Origin: Phoronis australis
Taxonomy: Eukaryota; Animalia; Phoronida
Reading direction: 5' to 3'
DNA length: 64,000 bases
NCBI GenBank assembly: GCA_002633005.1
Contig: NMRA01000316.1
Coordinates: 181,581 to 245,580, forward strand
The position numbers and the translations under genes are program-made. Under the pieces are notes generated by a model. That model made no database searches, had not been told where the DNA came from, and was given only the letters and a program-made list of their open reading frames with translations. Of this stretch, positions 49,401 through 61,610 are shown one piece after another. Each line of letters starts with the position of its first letter. Within the stretch, counting starts at the first letter, position 1.

Positions 49401-52400
49401 AACAAACCGATTTGGTAACATTTTTCGCAACTAAGTTCCGATTTGATTTGCATCCGTATGTCACGATTTAAATCTGTCTCCTATTTTCTCATTTCTATTT
49501 TTTGGAGGCAAATATTAATTCAATTGATGATCGATAATTGCATGTTGTTCTTTTATCCATAATCTTGATGAGATGTCAATGAGAAGAACATTGGCCCTGT
49601 AACCAAAACAATGTCTTTTGCTAGAGTGACAGGAGACAGCAGGTAGGGTGATTTCATATTTTCCCATCATTTATTGCCAGAATAATGGCTCTCACGTTAC
49701 GCCAGCTAAGATTGTGAAAGCGTGATTTATATGTTTACTGCACAGGTTGACCTTACCTTCGATAGACCCGTCATGAGCCAGGTGTCAGATTTACACCACA
49801 TTCAAATTACAATAAAGTCTGGCTTCGAAATTATATTAAACTTCACCAACGGCTCGGCCAGTGATAGATTAGACTCGAAACCAGATTCTGTATTTTAGCA
49901 TTTGAGTCTGGTCAAGCTGCATTTAGTTGTTGATTGGCCAATTAATGATGTGATAAGACTTATAGGAAGTCGTGTACCCACGTCTGACCATGCAATACAT
50001 GTTTTGATGTTTTGAAGTCTTGAGTAGCGCACCTTGAGTTACAATCCAGACTAAAAACCCACGTGGCTACTATGTCCAGATCCTCACTCTAGTAGAACAA
50101 ACCGACTACTATGTTCGGATCCTCACTCTAGTACAACAAACCGATGTGACTACTATGTTCAGATCCTCACTCTAGTAGAACAAACCCACGTGACTACTAT
50201 GTTCAGATCCTCACTCTAGTACAAAAAACCGATGTGACTACTATGTTCAGATCCTCACTCTAGTAGAACAAAACCCACGTGACTACTATGTTCAGATCCT
50301 CACTCTAGTAGAACAAACCCACGTGACTACTATGTTCAGATCCTCACTCTAGTAGAACAAACCGATGTGACTACTATGTTCAGATCCTCACTCTAGTAGA
50401 ACAAACCGATGTGACTACTATGTTCAGATCCTCACTCTAGTAGAACAAACCGATGTGACTACTATGTTCAGATCCTCACTCTAGTAGAACACATTTCAGT
50501 TACAGTAAAGTGTACATCGTAGCTTATGAAGATCGTAAAGAAAAGAACAAATGTTAAATCTGCATAAACGAAAATCGATGTGAGCCTTTTAGTCACATAA
50601 AATCTGTCTCATAATTTTCCTCAACAATACGGGATTGTTTCATTAGTATATCGTTATCATCAAGAACACAAAAAATAAACAAATCTCAAGAGAATGGTTC
50701 AAACCAGGTTGGAAATATCCAACCTTAAAGTTGCGAATTCGAAGGAGGCGCATGTACGCATTGACTGTGACATGTGTTGCTGAGGAAAATAGAATCCCAT
50801 CACGGTAAGAATAATGTACGTACAATGTAAAATGCTTAATTTGATTTCCGTTATTTTAGCCAGCTAAACAGGGCGAAACAGAGCTTTAAGTAAAGCTTGG
50901 GTTCGAAGACTAACAACATATTAATTTCAAAGATTTAACCCACAACAGGAAACGATCCAAAATCTTGACTGGTGTGCTTGAAATACATCCACTAAACAAC
51001 GCACATTCGCTGTATTGGTTCGTCCCTCAGGCACTGTCTAGTTTCTCAACAAATTGGTTTCCATGGCTGAATTGTTTCGATCATGATTTCTACATAAACG
51101 CTGTGGCGTCAGGCGCAATAATTGCTATTGGAAATAAGTACCTTGGCCTGTCGGTCGAAGCGACCAAACAACTCGTTGAGTATTTTCACTAGGTCCTGTG
51201 CAGTGCATTCCGACGAGAGCTTAGTAAACCCAACGATATCGGCAAAGAGTATTCTGTAAGGTAGAACTGAATAAGTCATCAAAGAACAGCACTTTTGAAG
51301 TACACATGAACACACACCTATCGTATACCATTCATAACTGCTATCATTTTTTGGAACTATCCAAACAGAAGCACAGGGATTTCTCACCACTCATCACAAC
51401 ATAGGAATTACAACGGGTGAACAAAAAAGAGATGTTCAGTTGACATGATAGAGGAATTGATTTGTTTTTTGCCAAAATGCCACCAAATCCCGTGTAATTC
51501 CAATCGTTAACAATGCATAACTTTAGCCCAGTCTCGAAAAAGTCAACTTAACTCTTTTAATGATGAGGCTCAAATTTAAGCAGCATTTCGTCCTTTGGGA
51601 GTGACTTTTTACTCTCATAAAGTCGCTTTCGTAATACCCCTTACCGTGATGGGATTCTATTTTCGTTACGGTCACGAGCATCAAAACCATCGACGACTCA
51701 AGTAAACGCTTCAGAATTTTTTGATGTTCGAAATTCTTTAAACTGCGAATTCGAAAATGGGGCATGTACTCACTGCCTATGACTTGAGTCGACGAGTCAG
51801 TCAACAGTTCAAGATGGGATGAGCGTGGTAATATTTTTAAACGTCAAAGCACTCGGTTAGGAAGCTGGATAGGGCAAAATGTAGCTTTATTCCTTACGTA
51901 ACACAGTCATGTTTTTGTATGTAAATCTTGTGAAATAGGCCCTCGTGTGGTTCTCGCATGTCATGCTTCATCTCCATAGCAACATGATGCGGTAATACGC
52001 TGAGGAGAAGCTGTTCCTGAAATGCATAGTATATACTGTATCATGCGTTATGTGTTGGCATGCAGTTCGTGTGCACTGTCAATTAGACTCCCCAAGTCGG
52101 TTTCGAAAAAAGTGTTTTGGTCTTATGGGCATACGAGTCAAATAGCTCATTGACTACATTGTATATCATTGTGACACGTTCCATTGCATAACAACCAGAT
52201 AATATTGTACAAGGCACCAAGACTTACCTGACAGCTAAAAGTGAATGATATGCGAGAACAAAGTTGGTCCATGCCAGATCAAATAGATACATATGTCCGC
52301 TACACGACAGCAGAGGTCAGATAGGGGAGATACGCAGCCGCACCAGGGCAATAGGGTGCGCTTAAGAAAGAAAACTGTGCAGTGGCAGACCCGAACCGCG

Positions 52401-54784
52401 TGCGCACAGGGAGATCGGGGTGCCTTGTTGTTTAAAACAATAAAAGCCCCTTTGATTGCCAAATTGTAGTTCATTATACAGAGTGTCCCAAACGTAATAC
52501 CAGTCTGATTTGAAATCCAGGTCACATATTCTCATAACGTATTATTATTATTCTCATCGTAAAACGATCAGTATATCTCATGCGCATTCTAGAAAATGTA
52601 TAGATACGTGTACCTACTTGTATAAAAGTGTTTAACTGTGGTTTTGGCGACTTTTCAGTTCTGTGAACTGTTACTGCAATGACGGTCGATTTGGGGACTG
52701 TGCGAAACCTGGATTCTGAATAAGCTATGACGGGCAAATTCCCACGTTGATTTACATTACAAATGTGTAATATCACGTAGTAAGCAAATGTTTCTAAACC
52801 ACTTACTGGCATATTGTACTGGGTCCCAAAAATCACGCGCCTGTGAACATAGTTGGAGTGAAATTTTCTTACAAAGAAAATTCTTTGTTCATCTATTCCA
52901 AATCAATACCAGATCAGTTGTGCAAACATTCCCAACCTGTTGGGTGCCATATCCAAATATCGAAGCATCAAGTCAAAACTTTTTGCCGTAAGGTTAGGAG
53001 GAGCTTACAGAGAAGTCAATGTTCTAAGAGCAACGCTACATGAGATAAACGCGATGTTTTAAAGAGTTCCCACCATGCATTTTCTTAGTTTTTGAAGTTT
53101 CATTTACTAGCTAATATGAAATGAGTACCATAAAATCTAACTAAATAAGCAATTTTTATGCCAAATAGACACATTTTTAATTGCGAAGAAAATTTAGTTA
53201 TTTCCAAATTTCCCGCCAAATGACGTAAAGGCTGGAAGACGTTTTAATTGGTCATTTGACAATAAATTGCAATGGCGGAACACAGCAGACCAGAAGACGA
53301 GGACGATTGTGAGCGAGGACTGGATAATTATTATGCAAACAGAGAAGAGAGATGATATGGGCATTACTCAAGTACTTGAAGAGTCAGAAAATGAATTGAT
53401 TTCCCACTTTGCGAACTTTTCTCGGCTTTGAGGCCGTATGAACTTGACCCACTTGCACGAGAAATGCTGCAGACATAATGTGAGCCACAGCCAACTGAAC
53501 CAAGGGGTGGTCAATTTTTACAAAATAAACCCCGACAAAGGCCACAGTAAACCTGGGTTTCACTATTGCCATGATGAAATGAGTCCACGGTCTAAACACA
53601 ATGCACAAGCCTACGTGTCGTAGCACTCGATCTGGGCCAGGTATTCATTGGCCCTAGAATGGAAGCAGTCTGTTTCATATTTATAAAATTTGCAAATACA
53701 CTTACAAGGTGGCGAGTCCGTCATCGTAACGCCGTTTTTTGTTAGGTCGAAACACGATTCCTCGAAATGTGCCGAACAAAGTGCGGCTCCCGCTGAATAG
53801 CATGCTCCACACTAACATTCCAAACTTCAGTGAGGCGGACAAATCGATGTCATTTCTGCGCAACCTTCACGTATTTAGGAAATTAGAACACAAAGGCGTT
53901 CTCAGTCAAGTTGCTTGTCTGTTAGCAACAGGTACACTAAAGGCCATTAAGTTTGTTAAGATGCATTATAAAAAAATGCTTTCTGAGACACAGAGTCATG
54001 GTAGGAACTCTTTAAATACTATTCCGAGCGGGGCAGATATACCTAATGTAATTAGTTTTAACGGTTTAAACAGTTTCGAAGCAGACATCATAAGAGTGAT
54101 AATCGTCTCCACACATAAGTCTTTTTACAACCTATTGGCAAATGAAGCAAAGTTCCTCGCATGTTTTCACAAAGAAATGGCAAAAAATCGTTTTGGATGA
54201 CAATGCTTAAAATTCATGAAAATTGTTATCTTTCGTATACTCGATGAGACGAGATGAATTCAAAAATAATTTTAATTATTTTCATGAATATGCATTTGCC
54301 CGACCAATATGCTACTACACTCACGCTGTAGTGACAATACTTTTGGGACTCTCTGTTCAGTTAATTAGAAATACAAGTGCAGCATCAGATAGAGTGCATA
54401 CAGTGTACGAATACGAAAATGGAAGGTCCATTACGTAGTCTATTGAGTATTTACACTCATGTTTAATAAGAAATAAAATATTACGTTAAGCGATTCGTAC
54501 ATAGTTTCAATGAGAATACTGCCAACCATCGATTATCGAAAACAAATATCAAGGCCTTCGTTTAGTCCGAAGCCCATGGTCTCGTTTGTATTTTTTAACC
54601 TCTTGATGCTAATCTGATATGAACACAGACTTACTAGTTTTTCATTCTCGTCCTCAATGTCAAGTCGAGCAGATATGCAATTCTTTGTATCCCTGAATGC
54701 CTTTCGTTGCGCTTTCTCTGTTAAGTGGTGGATGAAAATGCCCGTGATGTTGGAAGTAAGTAATATCAAAGCGTTCGCCAACAG
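31445..54784 (-). CDS. ADCY1: Ca2+/calmodulin-responsive transmembrane adenylate cyclase (ADCY1/rutabaga-like), 5'-partial
   Basis: Minus-strand exons (high-low): 54784-54635, 52016-51898, 51253-51142, 48837-48710, 47841-47683, 46442-46301, 45580-45374, 44944-44904, 44655-44517, 44062-43965, 43744-43660, 43016-42921, 42012-41759, 40857-40737, 40190-40071, 39348-39202, 38489-38391, 38254-38137, 37792-37668, 37321-37162, 36521-36417, 36331-36228, 35364-35229, 35083-32460, 31951-31445. All introns are GT-AG and phase-compatible; total 6096 nt. C1a motifs [37 protein letters not shown]; C2a motifs [39 protein letters not shown] and [10 protein letters not shown] are AC1-type signatures. Exons after 37162 are less certain. 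I found no N-terminus/TM1-5 exon in the window. Confidence 0.93.
35704..36082. mobile_element. Older copy of the 17581 MITE family
   Basis: TGTACTCGAAA...CGAACTCAAGATAAGTG...AAATGCCAAAA...TTTCGAGTAAAAAGATTAAACCCCGGG. Confidence 0.7.
40908..40999. repeat. Perfect 46-bp tandem duplication (intronic)
   Basis: ATTTCAAGTTACTTCCTGTTGTTTAACAGAGTGAATTGACTTTCCC at 40908 and 40954. Confidence 0.95.
42160..42534. mobile_element. Older copy of the 17581 MITE family
   Basis: CTGGGCCTGGGGTCT...CTACTTTTGGGCGAACTCAA...TTTTACTCGAATTTGTAGCACGAA...TTTCGAGTTCG...AGACCCTGGGACCA. Confidence 0.75.
47195..47503. repeat. (GAT)n microsatellite followed by a 43-bp tandem duplication
   Basis: Imperfect GAT run at 47195-47287; GAAAGAACC(G/A)TGCGAAGGATAAGGACTGTTGAGCAGAGAATA at 47419 and 47462. 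Confidence 0.9.
50055..50491. repeat. 44-bp minisatellite, ~10 copies (intronic)
   Basis: Head-to-tail GTGACTACTATGTTCAGATCCTCACTCTAGTAGAACAAAC(CGAT/CCAC). Confidence 0.97.
53705..53947 (-). pseudogene. Degenerate THAP domain remnant in an adenylate cyclase intron
   Basis: Minus strand reads [18 protein letters not shown] and, after a frameshift, [12 protein letters not shown]. Confidence 0.7.
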
Positions 54785-56034
54785 CTGGAACAAAAGACAC
54801 TCAGTCAATATATTTACATCGTTTAGTGCTGTGGTAGAGCAAGGCATATGTGCATACTGTAGTTGGTTACTGTTCAACGCGCAAAAAGTTACGTTATATA
54901 ATTATACGAGTAGATTTAGAATTATCTGGATAATTTCGTTTACTGCAAAGCTTCCTCACTTAGCGTCGCTGCTACATGTATCATTTTGTAAATATATTGT
55001 GGGACTGCTGTCCATTTAGTTTGAAAGACAACACGGTCTTACTTAGATCCACTCCGTCCCCGCATGTACAGATACGGTATTTCAGCCGAAAAAGCATGAT
55101 ACCATATTCAAATATCAGGCATTAAAATCAACGACAAGCGACAATCTCTGCTTTTGATAACTTCTGCTTCCCTCACTTGTACATACTAAATAGCCAATTG
55201 GCCGAATTATTTCCGAGTGCACTCGCGGAAAGTCGATTCCACAATACATGTATGTTATTTGACCCTTTAGATTGCTTGTTGGCACTGAACAGTTAGGCTG
55301 CGGCCGACGTGGCCAACTTGCCTTCCCAAAATCTTAAAATCTATGGGTTGGGCAAGGTTGGGGGCAGTTTTTAGGTAGACATTCCACGAAGACTAGATGA
55401 ATGTGGTTTGCTTGCATTTGTGAACATATTGAGATTGAGAAAGGTCGGATGTAGCTGCCCTCTTCTTTTATGGAGATGACGGCCCTGTTGCACTTGCGCA
55501 TTGCTGGGCAGCGAATGAAAAATTGGCTCTCAAGCAAGCCAGAATTTCAAAATAAAACTAGTTGGTCGACGGTACTTTTTACTCACATTTTTGGAATTAT
55601 TAGGAAATTTGCTTTCAGAATCTAATGCTGACTTATATCTTGCATTTGGGAGGGACGTGGTGGTTTTGGGGCGAACAGTGTCAACTTTGTGTTCGTTGCC
55701 CCTTTTTTCTTGGCCTACCTTGCTTTTCAGTAGGAGTGAAAGGGACAAAAATACACAATAAAGTTTCTTTCCTCATCTTTAGGGCTTTTGATGTGAAATG
55801 ACTGAAAGCAGGCCATTCTTTGCATACGGTTTTCGCCAGAGTGAAGAATATGTGACAAATACAATGATGTGTGTTTTGCTGGGCAAAAACTCAGTGAGAA
55901 GTGCATAGTGCACCCTTTAGGACCTGACACAGCGCACCCTCGACTCCCGCAGGACGGGGTAGTCGATTATTTTAGGTCGTGCGCCGACGTCATATTAGGA
56001 CATCCACCCTTCTCTTTGATCAGCAAGACGAAAC

Positions 56035-56112
56035 CCTCGCTGGTTCCCTGCGTGCCGCTAGGTGGGGCGGTAACCGTGCTGGCTGGGCTAAGCACGCAGG
56101 GAACCAGCGAGG
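56035..56112. mobile_element. 78-bp foldback element: perfect 21-bp inverted arms, 7-bp flanking direct repeat
   Basis: ACGAAAC|CCTCGCTGGTTCCCTGCGTGC-36 nt-GCACGCAGGGAACCAGCGAGG|ACGAAAC. Confidence 0.8.
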
Positions 56113-58986
56113 ACGAAACCTCGCCCTTTTTGTGAGTAAGCACAGTTACTGAAGGAAACCCTTTCCGATCAATGACATAATTATGCAACTAGAAACACCT
56201 TACTGACACTAAGTTAGATTCCGTTAAAAAGCTCTCTGAGCTGTACTCTTTTTAACATCGCAAGTCTCAATTGCACTGGACACCCCTTGGGAGATCTGTT
56301 GAAAAAGTACATCATTTTACACTGTACTAACCAAATAGTAAACCATTTTATATGGAATATATTTGGAAATGCACCCGTTCATAAGGTCTCAGATCACGCC
56401 TACATGCATAAGTCATCAGCGTGGTCAAAGTGAAACGTATGTAGGCCTATGCCTCTATGAAAGTCTGTTCCCCGGGCATTGACTCGCTCACAGTTTCCAC
56501 GCTCACATGTTTTGCAGTTTGCAACGAACATCTGTTAACATCAGTCAAACTGCATTACAACCAACGACAGAGCCTTTCTAAAACGTAAGTTGCAAATACT
56601 GAGGTTCGCTGTCGTCAATGCATGAGTACGAATGCCCCGTGACTCATAGAGTAAGCGAGCGAACGTTACAAGCCTGGTTCGTTGAAATGACTGTAATTGC
56701 AAAAACATCACTATACTTCAAAATTGTGGGCCACGCATGCTACAAAAATGTCAAGTTGGATCACTTGACCAAAACTGATGTTTTTGAGCCTGAGAAGGAT
56801 TGTCTATTTATCTGGGGTTTAGTAGTCTGGGTAAATTGTTGTCCGCGTTTCATTCCTGTGATAATGATCTAATACAGTAGTGATTTTGGCAAAACATTTT
56901 AGTCTATCCTGACAGTTTTTCAAAACAACGCATTTGACTCTTACTAAGGGGTCCATCGTGGCAAGAGTTGGGTAGTGTGAAATGTATCAGAACATTGACA
57001 CTGATAAATGATCTCACGTTGGCTCAAACTTAAAAACAAAGGGCGTGATATCGTCTAAAATTAATGCACACCTTGGTTGCAAAACTCACGCCACGCCAAG
57101 AAATGTAACTAACTGGTGTTGAAGAGCAGGCTGTCATTCTAAGCTACACGGGTATAACTTAGTAAAAGCAACAACCATTTATGACGAAAAACGAATAATG
57201 TGACATACGCCTGAAAGATTGTTTAGAAATAAAAAGATCATATTGACGTTACAGAATTAACACTTCAGACACAAGTTTAAGAATGTGCGACGCGGAGTGA
57301 ATTTTGCTAGATTTGAAGAGGTCATTTGCTGCAAATCCGAATACTCACCTCTTGAGACAGCACGAAGTATTAAAAGGTACTCATTTGTTGAGAGCATAAT
57401 TTTTTTGGGAGAACAATTTCACTCAAACGAGGTATTGGGAGACGGTTTGTTACCAACCGAATTATAGCACAGCGTGAAGGACAATTTAACGCTCTGTGGA
57501 CGAATACATCGATGTTGAACTACTCATGTTTTATACAGCAGTGCTATTTGCCGAAGTTGATGCCTGTGTAAGTATTTTTACGAGTTCTAAACACCATTTT
57601 TTCGTTGAGTCTTGTTGGATACTAAGCCCAGAAATACAACGACACTGAAAAGCCAGGTTTCAAAAGTTCTGTTACTCGCTGTTTTTTCTTGGTGTTTTCA
57701 TTTTTTTCTGATTCTGTGAATTGTTGGACTTCCACTTCGTCAACTTGCTCCCCATAGCTCTCACAAGCTACCTCAGATTGTTACACCTCCTACTCGTTCT
57801 TACTTATTGTCACCAGTTTTCAATTCATCCACGTTTCACTCAGTAGCGACCGCCATAGTAAAATCGCTATGGCTAATTTGCCCTGCTTTGAGGCATTCTT
57901 TGCTTCGACTTCGGTCCCGGATTGGAGGCAGACAAATTCTGTTGATTTATCGATAATATGCCTTGTACATGTAAATAGAAGTCTTTGATTGAGTTGAATT
58001 GGGTATTATTACTGTTATTTTTACACCACAAAATAATGAGAATAGAATGCTGTTGTAGACCACTGTGGTTTCCAAATTGATCATTTTCACCGGATTTGTT
58101 TACAAGCTGTCGTGAACGGGGGAGGGGGGGGGGGTTGAGGAAGGAGTGTCAACTAAGGCCGAATAGCCGAGTGTTCTTCGTTTATGGTGAGAAAAATTGC
58201 TCTCCGGTGCACAGAGATATTCCTGGACCGTGCCTTTGCGCCATTAATGCATAAAAATTTAAGGGTACAGGTACAGTGCAGCAGTGCTCCACCAGGCGCA
58301 TCACTCAAAATGCAACGCTCTTCCAAAAATGCATGGTTGCAGTCATCCAGTTTGTTCTTTTAAAGTTCCGTCACACCTGAACAATCTGTTTGAAGTCTGG
58401 TTCAGATTGCCTTTTTATGGGCTTTTTAAATAAAAATGCAACTTTTATAAGACTTTGTTCTTATTTCGATTTCCCTTGGAGCTTTTGTTAATTACTATTG
58501 GGCACATCCTTTTGAAAAAAGTACACTTATTATCATCAGGTGCGCCCAAAGAGCACAGGTTCAAACCTAATCTGGAATACCCCAGCACAGTGTATTACAT
58601 CTGCTTATACCACACTAGCAGTCTGGCCAATGCAATTATCGTCCTCGGGGCTAACGCCTTCGGGTGATAATTCCCCAAAATTAACTCGGTTTCTAGATTA
58701 CGGAGATAACGACTTCGTCATGTAATAATCTATGGTTAGTTTTTGAAATGTATAGTGAACCTAAATCCGTGTAATGTATTCAGCTTAACCGGTGGTTTAT
58801 CTGGTTGAAACTTAAGACTTCCGGCCGTAGAAAGTAATTCTGTATTGTTACAATAACCCTCTGGGATATTGCACGAGCACGGGACTATTGACACAGTTAT
58901 TGCACGGCCGTATCAAGACGTACACTGTGTATGTGGTATAAATAATTATAGACTATACTACATAACCAGCCTGACATGGCCATTAA

Positions 58987-59130
58987 ATGGGCGGCGCACC
59001 ATAGGGGCCTAGGGGGGCTATAGCCCCCACTTTTTTCAGTGCTACGCCGCACACATGGTCTATAGGCGGTGCACCACAGGGGGGCTGAAGTGGCTTTAGC
59101 CCCCACCCATTTTTTCAGTGCTGCACATGC
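58987..59130. mobile_element. Two tandem degenerate copies of the CATGGGCGGCG mini-MITE
   Basis: ATGGGCGGCGCACCATAGGGG...AGCCCCCACTTTTTTCAGTGCTACGCCGC matches 22112-22179; a second copy follows at ~59061. Confidence 0.7.
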
Positions 59131-59256
59131 ATTACAATCGTTGATTAAGTCATTATGCTAATCGCCGTGTGTTGATTAACATTTTGGCGGGAATTCGAGG
59201 CTGGATTCGAACACGCTTCACTCACGCCTTAGCGTCTCAGGCAGCTGACGTCATCT

Positions 59257-59383
59257 CATGGGCGGCGCAGTACTGACATAATAAGGGTGGGGCTACATGT
59301 ACAGTATTGTAAACTATGTTACGAAGTTATGCGAACTTTGTCCATAGCCTGCCTACCTAGCCCCCTAAAGTGGGCCGCCCATG
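59257..59383. mobile_element. MITE, TIR CATGGGCGGC, perfect 5-bp TSD CATCT
   Basis: CATCT|CATGGGCGGC...GCCGCCCATG|CATCT. Confidence 0.85.
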
Positions 59384-60569
59384 CATCTTACGCAAAAATT
59401 GAATACTAACATGAGGACGCTCACTAACAAACCGCATTGTGGCGACATTTATATGACGTAAAATTTCAATAAAAACGACGTCTTTAATTTATTAAAATTT
59501 ATCACTTGGAAATCATCGAACTTCAGTTTAAATGTGGGTAACACGTCGTCAGGACTTTTTGACTTGGACAGTGTACCTTAAACGTAAGGGTTCATCAGAA
59601 CGGAGGCCAAAGGGCAAGAATGAACGTCGACTACTTTTGAAACCTATGGTGAAGCAAAATTTTAGTCTTCTCCTGAAGTTCGCGCATGAGCAGATATGAA
59701 ACACCCCCGTGAAATAATTTGAGGCAACGAACTCGGTAACCGAAGTGTTCTGGATAGCGAATTGAAGCTACGCAAATATCCGAGACGTTCTGGGTCATCC
59801 TGTATAGTTTTTAGAGTTGGATTTAACTTCCCTAGTGTCACGGACGCATTCTTTACATAAAACACGTGGATGGTGAACACGACAAAGCATGTATGATGGA
59901 ACATGGCGAATGTAAAGATTTTAGCTGACAAGAAAAAAACATACAAACACTGCATCCAGTCTGTCGTTCTCAGAATCAAGGCACCTAATTTTTATGGCTA
60001 GTCCTGAATGATTTGTCACGTTGGCCAACAATGGTTGAAAACCTCTTGAATACAGCGAAACCATACTTTACATGCAAATTTCCTGCGCAACAAAACAAGT
60101 GTCCCTGGTATGGTTATTCTGCAAAAGCCCTCAAGGCGATCCTACTCCAGTTCAAATAAGAAAAACACTCCAAACAGCTCATTACTGGATACTGTTTCAA
60201 AGCAAACATCTGATTCCAGTTTATCGTCAGCTGAAATCATCAAGCTGTGCTTTGCGGATTGGTGTTGGTTAAGATATCACGAAAACGATAATTCTGTGCT
60301 ACCAAGTTATGAGCTCTTAAAGATATCAGGTTTTGAACGCAAAGGCAGACATAAATGTCAAATTAGGCGAGCATATATATCATATCTAGACAGTTGCAAT
60401 TTCAAGGATAGACCGATGTGAATTGAATTGAAGGCGATTAATTCTTACAATTTACCAACTTAAAATTCTACAACATGATACGAACAAGTGTATATGGTTG
60501 TGGTCTGTGTTCTTGTTTAAGATTGCTCAGGTAGGGCGCAACATGAAGGAAAAGAAAAGCGTTCTACCT

Positions 60570-60905
60570 GTTTAGAAGTCGCTGACTCCAACCATTTCAT
60601 GTCAACTGCAGATCACACTATGGCTATATACCACTTCAGTTCAATTTGAAGTTGTCCGAAAATACTCGTTGAAAGCAAAAAAATTACGGCAATTTTTTGA
60701 AAAACGTATACAATCTACATGTCCGATAAATCGTCGCACAAAGGCAGGATGGGAATGATTCGGATCGCGAACGTCACTTCCGGGGTGACCCATACATAAT
60801 TAATTAAAACCTAGTGTAATTAAATTAAGTCGAAAAATCTGCAATTTAACCAAAAATTACTAAAGCAACAATTTCGTTGCTCGCTAAAAGAGTTTCATTG
60901 TTTAA
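60570..60905 (-). mobile_element. Highly decayed relative of the THAP/TTAA element end
   Basis: AACGTCACTTCCGG...TAATTAATTAAA as at 28299-28338, with TTAA at ~60902. Minus strand reads KWYIAI / HSVICS*H, which is THAP-like. Confidence 0.4.
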
Positions 60906-61296
60906 AATAGTCCAATCAAAATGTACACATGACTGTCACCAACATGCGTAAACGGACACTCGATTTGTTCGAACATGTACGGAAGCGTTGTTTTTCCTAA
61001 ACTTTGTATGTTGGCATGTGGTAGCTTTGGCCAAGGGGTGCTTTTTACGTCACTTAACTCTGCACTTATCACTAAGCTGCTGAGGATCCTCAAATATGTG
61101 CATTGCGTTTTCTCTGCCTAGGTCGCCAATTGTGAAGTCATACCTTCCGTGAGTGGCGTCCAGTCTTTTTCACATGAGATTTTGTCAAGTAAACCGGCAA
61201 TTTAGCAGTATTGTAGTATCACACAGACACCGATGATGGCCAAGTCAAATAATCAAATGCTTAAAATGTTTCTATGCGCGAAACTGTGCACTCGTG

Positions 61297-61610
61297 CAGG
61301 GGCGGATCCAGGATTTAGAGTTAGGGGGGACAGGGCACAGGAATAACCAGAATTTCGCCACATGCGTGCACCCAGCCTTAAATGTACGGATGTGGGGGGT
61401 CTTGAACTTTTGGGTTTGTGGACCTTATTACTAAACAAACGGGTAAACGGGGTTTGTTCAAAGTTATGCATTGTGCATTCAACCTCCGAGCACCCCTAGG
61501 TGAGCGTATATGCCAGTCAGCAAATCGCACCCCGAACTGCCAAATGGAATCTAAGAGAGTTTTAGGGGGCATGAGCCCCTTTGCCCCTCCCCCCCCCAAA
61601 TCCGTCACTG
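61297..61610. mobile_element. MITE CAGGGGCGGAT...ATCCGTCACTG with perfect 5-bp TSD TCGTG, containing a nested MITE end
   Basis: TCGTG|CAGGGGCGGATCC...AAATCCGTCACTG|TCGTG, with an internal CATGCGTGCACCCAGCCTT at ~61360. Confidence 0.85.

Noticed and set aside
50055-50491. CRISPR-like array
   Set aside because: Units are head-to-tail with no unique spacers, there are no cas genes, and the array lies in a eukaryotic intron.
56015-56125. Hammerhead ribozyme (GACGAAAC motifs)
   Set aside because: No CTGANGA core is correctly placed; the GAAAC copies are explained as the flanking direct repeat.
20269-59253. Isolated CRE octamers (20269, 37853, 59246) as cAMP feedback elements
   Set aside because: A few 8-mers in 64 kb with no mapped promoter are not enough evidence.
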